Of a stretch of DNA of 42,297 nt, positions 36,100-42,297 are shown in pieces. Source of the DNA: Octopus sinensis (lineage: Eukaryota); contig NW_021835168.1 in NCBI RefSeq assembly GCF_006345805.1, positions 1 through 42,297 of the forward strand. Reading direction: 5' to 3'. The translations under genes and the position numbers were made by a program. Positions within the stretch are counted from its first letter, which is position 1, and the number at the start of each line of letters is the position of its first letter. Under the pieces are notes generated by a model that was given only the letters and a program-made list of their open reading frames with translations, was not told the DNA's origin and did not search any database.

Positions 36100-36381
36100 G
36101 TTTAAACAGAAAGCTTGGCAGGAAAGCAACGTGCCTTTAAGCGCAGTACAAAAACAACAAAAAAATGGAAGGTGCAGTTATGTACAGGTTGACGGAAGAA
36201 AAGCAGGACAAAAACGGCTTTATCGATTGCATTCTCACCTGGAATCAATTTTTGTAATATTTTCAAGACTTATACACGCCCTGATACCGTCGGTATCTAC
36301 ATATCAAATTTGAGCGCAATCGGATTTAGGATGCCCAAGATCCTAGAAGACAGACAGACAGAACGGATTTTATAAAATAGA
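36100..36381 (-). mobile_element. Helitron-type 5' fragment
   Basis: The minus strand reads A|TCTATTTTATAAAATCCGTTCTGTCTGTCTGTC...CCGATTGCGCTCAAATTTG. Confidence 0.55.
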
Positions 36382-36804
36382 TACGCTACACACTCACGCC
36401 CACGCTTGCATACCCGTGTGTGTGTGTGTTCGTGTGAACTTGTGTGTGACATAATTCACAATGCTTAAGGCTCTGAATATACGTATTTCCTTTGTTAAAC
36501 TCTAATTGAAAACCGCCTCGCCTTTGAATCTATTGAAATTATTCGCTGTCAACGTATTGAATTATATTTCACAGTAAATATTTTGTCACTTTTGAACACT
36601 TAATTCTTTTTGCTATATATTATTCTTATATTTCTTTCAGCTTGGTCTTTTCTGCTTTTTTTTTTATAAATTTAATTACTGTTCGCAACACATTGCGTGA
36701 CATATAAAGCGAGTGAGTCACGGTTGCTAAGTTTTTTTACAGTTAAACTATCGGCTGGAAAGCTTTCATTCTGAATTTTGTATCTAACACTCTGACACAG
36801 ACAC

Positions 36805-36810
<6 letters not shown>

Positions 36811-36837
<27 letters not shown>

Positions 36838-36902
36838 TGTATGTATGTATGTATGTATGTATGTATGTACGTACGTACGTACGTACGTACGTACGTACGT
36901 AC
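36811..36902. repeat. (GTAT)14 followed by (GTAC)9 compound microsatellite
   Basis: Direct reading. Confidence 0.95.
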
Positions 36903-37170
36903 GAGGACTGATCAATAAGTATCCGGACTGTTGCTATAGTAACGAAGCTAAAGCACGGAGAGTAAAGCTGCTTGGCGCTTATTGACCCTGATCTCTGTTG
37001 TGTATGTTCACGAAGTTTTATCGTTCTAGCTCACTTCCGTTATTTATAGCAGTGCTCGAAGTAACGTGTGTAACGTGTGATCGTCGCACTGATCATGACA
37101 GAAAATGTTATGGCGATACCTGCTCAGAGGCCTACACAAAGTTGCAGAAAGTGCATGGAGAGGAGTGCAT
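36900..37170 (+). mobile_element. mariner 5' fragment (TIR plus N-terminal HTH remnant)
   Basis: TACGAGGACTGATCAATAAG TIR-like start. GDTCSEAYTKLQKVHGEECM matches a mariner first-HTH segment. Confidence 0.7.
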
Positions 37171-37342
37171 GCTGCTGATAAAACGTGGAACCACCAGAAC
37201 TATGCAACGCTACGCCCCTGATCATAAGAAAAATTGGGACCTTAATTCTGACGACAACCATTCTGAGCGGACCGTCTGCTGGCGTGACAAAGTTATTAAC
37301 CCCCATGAACCTTAGTCCCTCTGCCGTACCATCTGAATTTAC

Positions 37343-38096
37343 ATCAACAAGGCACAGGGACAGTTGTTACAAGTAGTTGGCCTACATCTATCACAGCAGG
37401 TATTTACCCATGGTCAACTATACGTGGGATGCTCCCGTGTCTTCATTTGTGATAATCCGGGCAACACCAGGAACGTTGTCTACAAAGAAGCCCTGCAAGA
37501 ACACTTTTGAACCTACCGCCATTACTCTTCCGTCGCTGGAGTCATTGTAACTTTCTCAATTCTTTAACCCAACTGCATCCATCTTCTTCATGTTGCTGGA
37601 GTCATTGTCAGTTTATCAATTTTTAACCCGACTGCATCCACCTTCTTCATATTGCCGGCCATCTCTGCAAACTGACCACCTCTGCAAACTGACCACCTCT
37701 GCCAGTCAAACTTCCAACCCATGGGTTCAAGCCACGACACTGATTCCGCAAAATTAGTTTGGGTGTGACTGCATATTGTATCCAAAATGTTGTAAGTGCA
37801 GTTGCATTATACTATTTCAGTTTTGTGCAGAGACCTGATTGGTGTTTTTTTTTTTCCAGCATTTTCCCTTTATTCTTTGTCCTTCACATCAGCATCCGCG
37901 AGGCTTATCCGATCGCTGTTTTCATTACCAATTATTACTAAAATTTTCGGGGTTTTTTGGATGGGGGTAGGATTCCTCATCTTTAAAATGTAACCGAGTA
38001 GACTCGAATGAAATCGGGTCATAATACCGAAACAAGTAAAACAATAAAAAAAACTATGCTATTTTAAACCCGAGCAAGGCCGAGTTTCTCTGCTAG
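37343..38096 (+). mobile_element. Helitron 3' remnant with the Pif1-like helicase C-terminus
   Basis: 37343-37510 translates to INKAQGQ...VVGLHL...FTHGQLYVGCSRV...TRNVVYKEAL. Tandem 60-bp (37531-37650) and 17-bp (37663-37703) repeats follow. The 3' end is a CCCGAGCAAGGCCGAG hairpin remnant plus CTAG (38093-38096) then T. Confidence 0.88.
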
Positions 38097-38097
38097 T

Positions 38098-38830
38098 TGC
38101 ATGTATAAACCTGAAATTGTAATCTGAATAGAGTAACTGCAGATTTCTCAATAGTTCAGTGTAGGTATTCTGTTTTTCACTGATCTTCAGCTTTATGTTA
38201 ACATCCGCTGGACAGCTAATTCTAACAACTGTGCACTGTTTACCTTCTCTATCCCAAATCATTATATCATGTCTGTTGTCCTTACATTTTGTCGAGGTCT
38301 TCACTGGGACATTCCACCAATACTTCTTTTTAGTATGAGTGGCTATGGCCTCTACTATATTGTGGTTTCTTATTCCTTTGTCCTCAGGGTAATCCTTCTG
38401 ACGGATTTCCTTAAAGAGTGTTCTAGCTTTAACATCATGTCTCTTTGGTAGATAATATCATGATGACATTTTCAGACACCTGCTTATGATGTGGATGATA
38501 TATTCGCAAAGCCTGCATCGGTTGTCACATTTTACTGCTTTTCTTGCATCTCTATCCCGTTTGTGCATCAAGTCCCTTGTTGATATTTCCTGTTCCTGGA
38601 TTGCTAACGCATACCCTACAAGGTTGGAGTTAGTAATCCGGCTATTGTTCCATGATAGACTGCTTTGATGATGAATGTCATGTCATTATCATCTCAGAGC
38701 TTTCTACTAACATATACATGCATAGTTTTCCTCTAATATAGGCTCATCCTTTCATCTGATGATAAGTTGTGGTAGAGTCGTGCGACTTCTTTGGGTATGT
38801 ACTCTAGGTTACCAAACAAAGAATGTTGCT
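38098..38830 (-). mobile_element. Older R4/Dong-like non-LTR remnant (CCHC plus REL region)
   Basis: The minus strand gives GYALAIQEQEI, DNRCRLC...IHIISRC and DIMIWDRE...ISCPAD...K, with many stops. Confidence 0.75.
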
Positions 38831-38848
38831 CAAGGAGCTGCCATCCAA

Positions 38849-38892
<44 letters not shown>

Positions 38893-38904
38893 GTAAATGA
38901 AGGT

Positions 38905-39003
38905 GCATGGCTCAGTGGTTAAAGCGTTGGACTCACAATCATGAAGTAGCGAGTTCAATTCCCCGACCGAGCTGTGTGTTGTATTCTTGAGCAACACACT
39001 CTA
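38905..39003 (+). mobile_element. Family B SINE head
   Basis: TGGCTCAGTGG A-box, GAGTTCAATTCC B-box and TTCTTGAGCAACACACT. Confidence 0.75.
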
Positions 39004-39015
39004 TGTCCCATTCCT

Positions 39016-39850
39016 TCAGTTTGAGTAACGTAAACTCTTTTCAACTCCAGGGTTTTGCTTTTCGGCGATATGTTCCTTCTCGCCCTGCTGCTCCTGTTCC
39101 ATTACATCCTCGTTGTGTTTCTGGGGACACTTTGCCATCATGTATCCTCGTACTCCACATTGGTTGCAGGTTGGGGGTCTCCCCTCCACCGTCACTCTCA
39201 CAATCTCATCTTCCGGCAGTTTCACCTCTTCTGCTATGTTTTGAAGGTCTGGCAAACTGACCTGGATCGACACCTGCAGCCCGTATCCCCAATAGTTCAA
39301 CTCTCTCGTTTTTATCACTCTTAATACTTTTACTTTCTCTTCCATGTTGAAAAGGATGGCTGCCACCAGCCACTCTTCTTCGATCTCAGGGGGCACTCTA
39401 TCGATCCTTACTCTAGTCACACGTTTGGCACAGTAGGTCGGCAGAAGTGCCCACTCTGGTGTTCTCAGCGCCACAGTGGAGTGGTTCATCGCTTCTTGCT
39501 CATTGGCGAATCTCACCTCCACTGTGTCGTACTATTTCCCTCTTGTATAAAAAGTTGTGAGGCTCTTCACCTCTTTTAGTTATTCTTCTATATCCTCCAC
39601 TGTGGCTATTTCAATTTTCTTTGTCTTCGGGGACAGGGTCCCAATACCACTGTCCATTTCATTACATTTGCTGTAAATCATGCTGGTGGTGTTAACTTTA
39701 GGCTGGTACCATCCTTTTCCAAAAGTTTGTTGAATTCCTTCAACCTCTACTGGTCCATTTTAATTTCTCGCACTTGCAACACATCCACTGTTTAACTACT
39801 TCCAGTGGCTGCACCAAAGCTGCCGGCTGGAACTAGTCTACTCTCTATTC
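39016..39850 (-). mobile_element. Retroelement ORF1/gag-like pseudogene with one zinc knuckle (Tx1/L1-like)
   Basis: ORF 39522-39016 has RRM-like segments and GRPPTCNQCGVRGYMMAKC, a CX2CX4HX4C motif with H replaced by Y. The same frame extends upstream with stops. Confidence 0.7.
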
Positions 39851-40139
39851 TTTCTCCTACTTCATCCATATATTTGGAGAGGAAACCAAATATATACAAT
39901 AAACAGTAACAAGTAATTAAAAAATTCAACAATAATGCTCCAAAAATAGGTTACGAGAGACCTTCAGCAATCAAACAAATCCAATTGAATAACTTGGGTA
40001 CAAAAAAATAACGCGACTCTTTCGTCCGGTGTGCTAACGTTTCTGCCAGCTCGCCGCTTAGATAGTTACATAATTAGGAATAAGGTGAATTTATGTTTGT
40101 AGAGTGTTAGTGGGAACAGTCTAAAAATTCACATGACAT

Positions 40140-40560
40140 ATTTAAATTCTAATTTACAATGATCACTAACTATATAGAAGGTTAACAGGTTCGATTACGA
40201 CGCTAAGCCTATGAATCACTAAGATGCCAAAGTACAAAGACTTATACGCTTAAACTTTAAGTTAATCAAATCGAACTAAAGTGGAAAATTGGTGCTTTTA
40301 TATATAAATTCTTTTATCTTATTAAAACAAATCGAGGTTCATAAGTTCAGATTCTATCCTATCTACTTTTTAAAAAACTCAAACATAGGTAAATACTTAT
40401 ACCTACAAACAATTAAAACGTCCGATATTTTATTAATTAAATTTTTTTTGTCTGTACGAAGTATGCAGATTGCTTCCTTTATACATAACTTACACCTTCC
40501 AGTATATGTTCTATACGGGGTGGTTTCTGATATGATTGACCTGTCTAGTAAAATTTCCTT
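40140..40560 (-). mobile_element. Second PLE remnant: GIY-YIG C-terminus and 3' region
   Basis: SIISETTPY...RCKLCIKEAICIL...NLINKISD...CRYK matches the WSI...RCxLCxxEK...LLNxRSE...CRH tail of some PLE endonucleases. It is interrupted upstream by the SINE at 40571. Confidence 0.65.
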
Positions 40561-40570
40561 ATTTCGCAGT

Positions 40571-40732
40571 GGCGCAGGAGTGGCTGTGTGGTAAGTAGTT
40601 TGCTTCCCAATCACATGGTTCCGGGTTCAGTCCCACTGTATGGCACCTTGGGCGAGTGTCTTCTACTATATCCTCGGGCCGACCAAAGCCTTGTGAATGG
40701 ATTTGGTAGACGGAAACTTAAAGAAGCCCGTC

Positions 40733-40768
<36 letters not shown>

Positions 40769-40972
40769 GCTTGTGTGTCTGTGATTGTTACCCTAACATT
40801 GCTTGACAACCGATGCTGGTGTGTTTATGTACCCATAACTTAGCGGTTCGGCGAATAAGCACCGATAGAATAAGCACTAGGTTTACAAAGAATAAGTCCT
40901 GGGGTAGATTTGCTCGACTAAAGCCGATGCTCCAGCATGACTGCAGTGAAACGACTAAAACAAATAAAAGAA
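40571..40972 (+). mobile_element. SINE family A, full length
   Basis: Head and tail match 4056-4462. Confidence 0.87.
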
Positions 40973-41229
40973 TATGTAGCCAGCGCTGTTGTATTTTTTG
41001 TTCCTGGGGGGTTTCAGAATGATCTGATGTGTCCTCTATATCCCGTTTTAAACTCCGTAGTACTCCATATGTATACTTTCTTAGGCTGATTGGCAGTTAC
41101 AACCTCAGTCTTGTATAGCACGTTTTTCCTTAAGCAGGCACCACCTAATAGATGTAAATTGCGATTCCGAAAATTGCAGGCTTTATTCTAGTTATATATA
41201 TACACATGCACATAAACACACAGACATAC

Positions 41230-41270
<41 letters not shown>

Positions 41271-41271
41271 T

Positions 41272-41306
<35 letters not shown>

Positions 41307-42110
41307 ATATGCGTATATATATATATATTTATGTATATTTAGTATTTTCATATATATATATATATATTAAAGTGTATTCTCTATGTGCATGTGTATGTAT
41401 GTGAGTGTGTGTGCGCGTGTGTGTATGTTTTGTGTATGTGTGTACATGCATACATACATACGTACATATATAGAAACATACATGAATATTATATGTAAAC
41501 ATGTGGTGTGTGTGTGTGTGTGTAGGGATTGGGATCTCAGTCAGAATCAGGGAATCCACCCTTGTCCTTTTGATTGTTCGATCATCAGAACTTCAATGAT
41601 TCTCATTGAATCAGAGTATAAGTGGCTGAGTATTCCACACACATATGTATCCCTCAATATATTTCTCAGAGTAGTTTGCGTAACACAGTGAAATAACGCT
41701 AGACCTCCGAACTGCGGGTACTTCCCATCCAACAAGGTTTCCTGAATTTTCCATCTTCCCAGTTAGATTCTACAGGTACTAATAATGACATTTGTGCGTG
41801 TTCAGCATCGATATTTATATATTGACATATTTAAAAGATTATGTAACATGTATGTATATAGGTAATTCTCAGATAGATGCAACACACATATAAAAAAACA
41901 TAAAACCCAATTACATATACATGATTAAGGATATGGTATCATTTCAGAACCATACGGGAAAATACAAAGGATAATTTCAGAGATGTTTTCCTTCCACTAA
42001 TATCAGTTTTTCTCTTTAAACGTAGTTCTAGATTTCACCTATGTTTTCTGTAATTGATGACTTGTGTAAATATATGATCAATTCTTGTTTTCCTGTTTAC
42101 TTCTAAAGCC

Positions 42111-42151
42111 ACTGAAGACGCGTTTCTTGTAATATTTTACTTCAACTTAGT
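42111..42151 (-). ncRNA. Degenerate hammerhead-like motif
   Basis: The reverse complement reads ACTAAG-TTGAA-GTAA-AATA-TTAC-AA-GAAA-CGCG-TC-TTCAGT, with palindromic stem III, a GUC site and a damaged core. Confidence 0.35.
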
Positions 42152-42297
42152 TCATATTTGCATATGTTTATATTTTTATCTTTCGTCCTCATCTTCGTTT
42201 TGGGGTGAAAGAGACAGTTCACTGCAGTAAACATGAATGATTATAAGATAGTCACTAAGATACAAAACAAAACAAATAAAAATCTGCCATAACAAAA

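Overview
Repeat-dense, AT-rich eukaryotic genomic DNA. The SINE, microsatellite and retroelement mix suggests an octopus or other coleoid cephalopod; this is inference, not a database result. No host protein-coding gene can be supported. Most ORFs in the track are translations of (TA)n, (CA)n or (TATC)n microsatellites or antisense frames of transposons. Mobile DNA recognised: two Penelope-like (PLE) remnants, a young Dong/R4 non-LTR element inside (TAA)n plus an older R4-like remnant, an RTE LINE with a long target duplication, a solitary CCHC ORF1/gag-like fragment, three Tc1/mariner remnants, several Helitron-type elements, TIR/fold-back elements and many tRNA-derived SINEs. The most interesting signal is a set of unrelated hammerhead-ribozyme (HHR) motifs. 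Three copies lie in a 556-559 bp unit arranged inverted plus tandem (11.9-13.4 kb) with a compensatory U3-A8 core. A minimal HHR with an A3-U8 core follows the PLE ORF. One HHR sits at the axis of a 137-bp palindrome and another HHR core inside a TIR-like element. A TE-poor stretch (about 29.3-34.7 kb) holds hairpins and a perfect AGGTCA DR5 element. All structures were read by eye and none was tested computationally.
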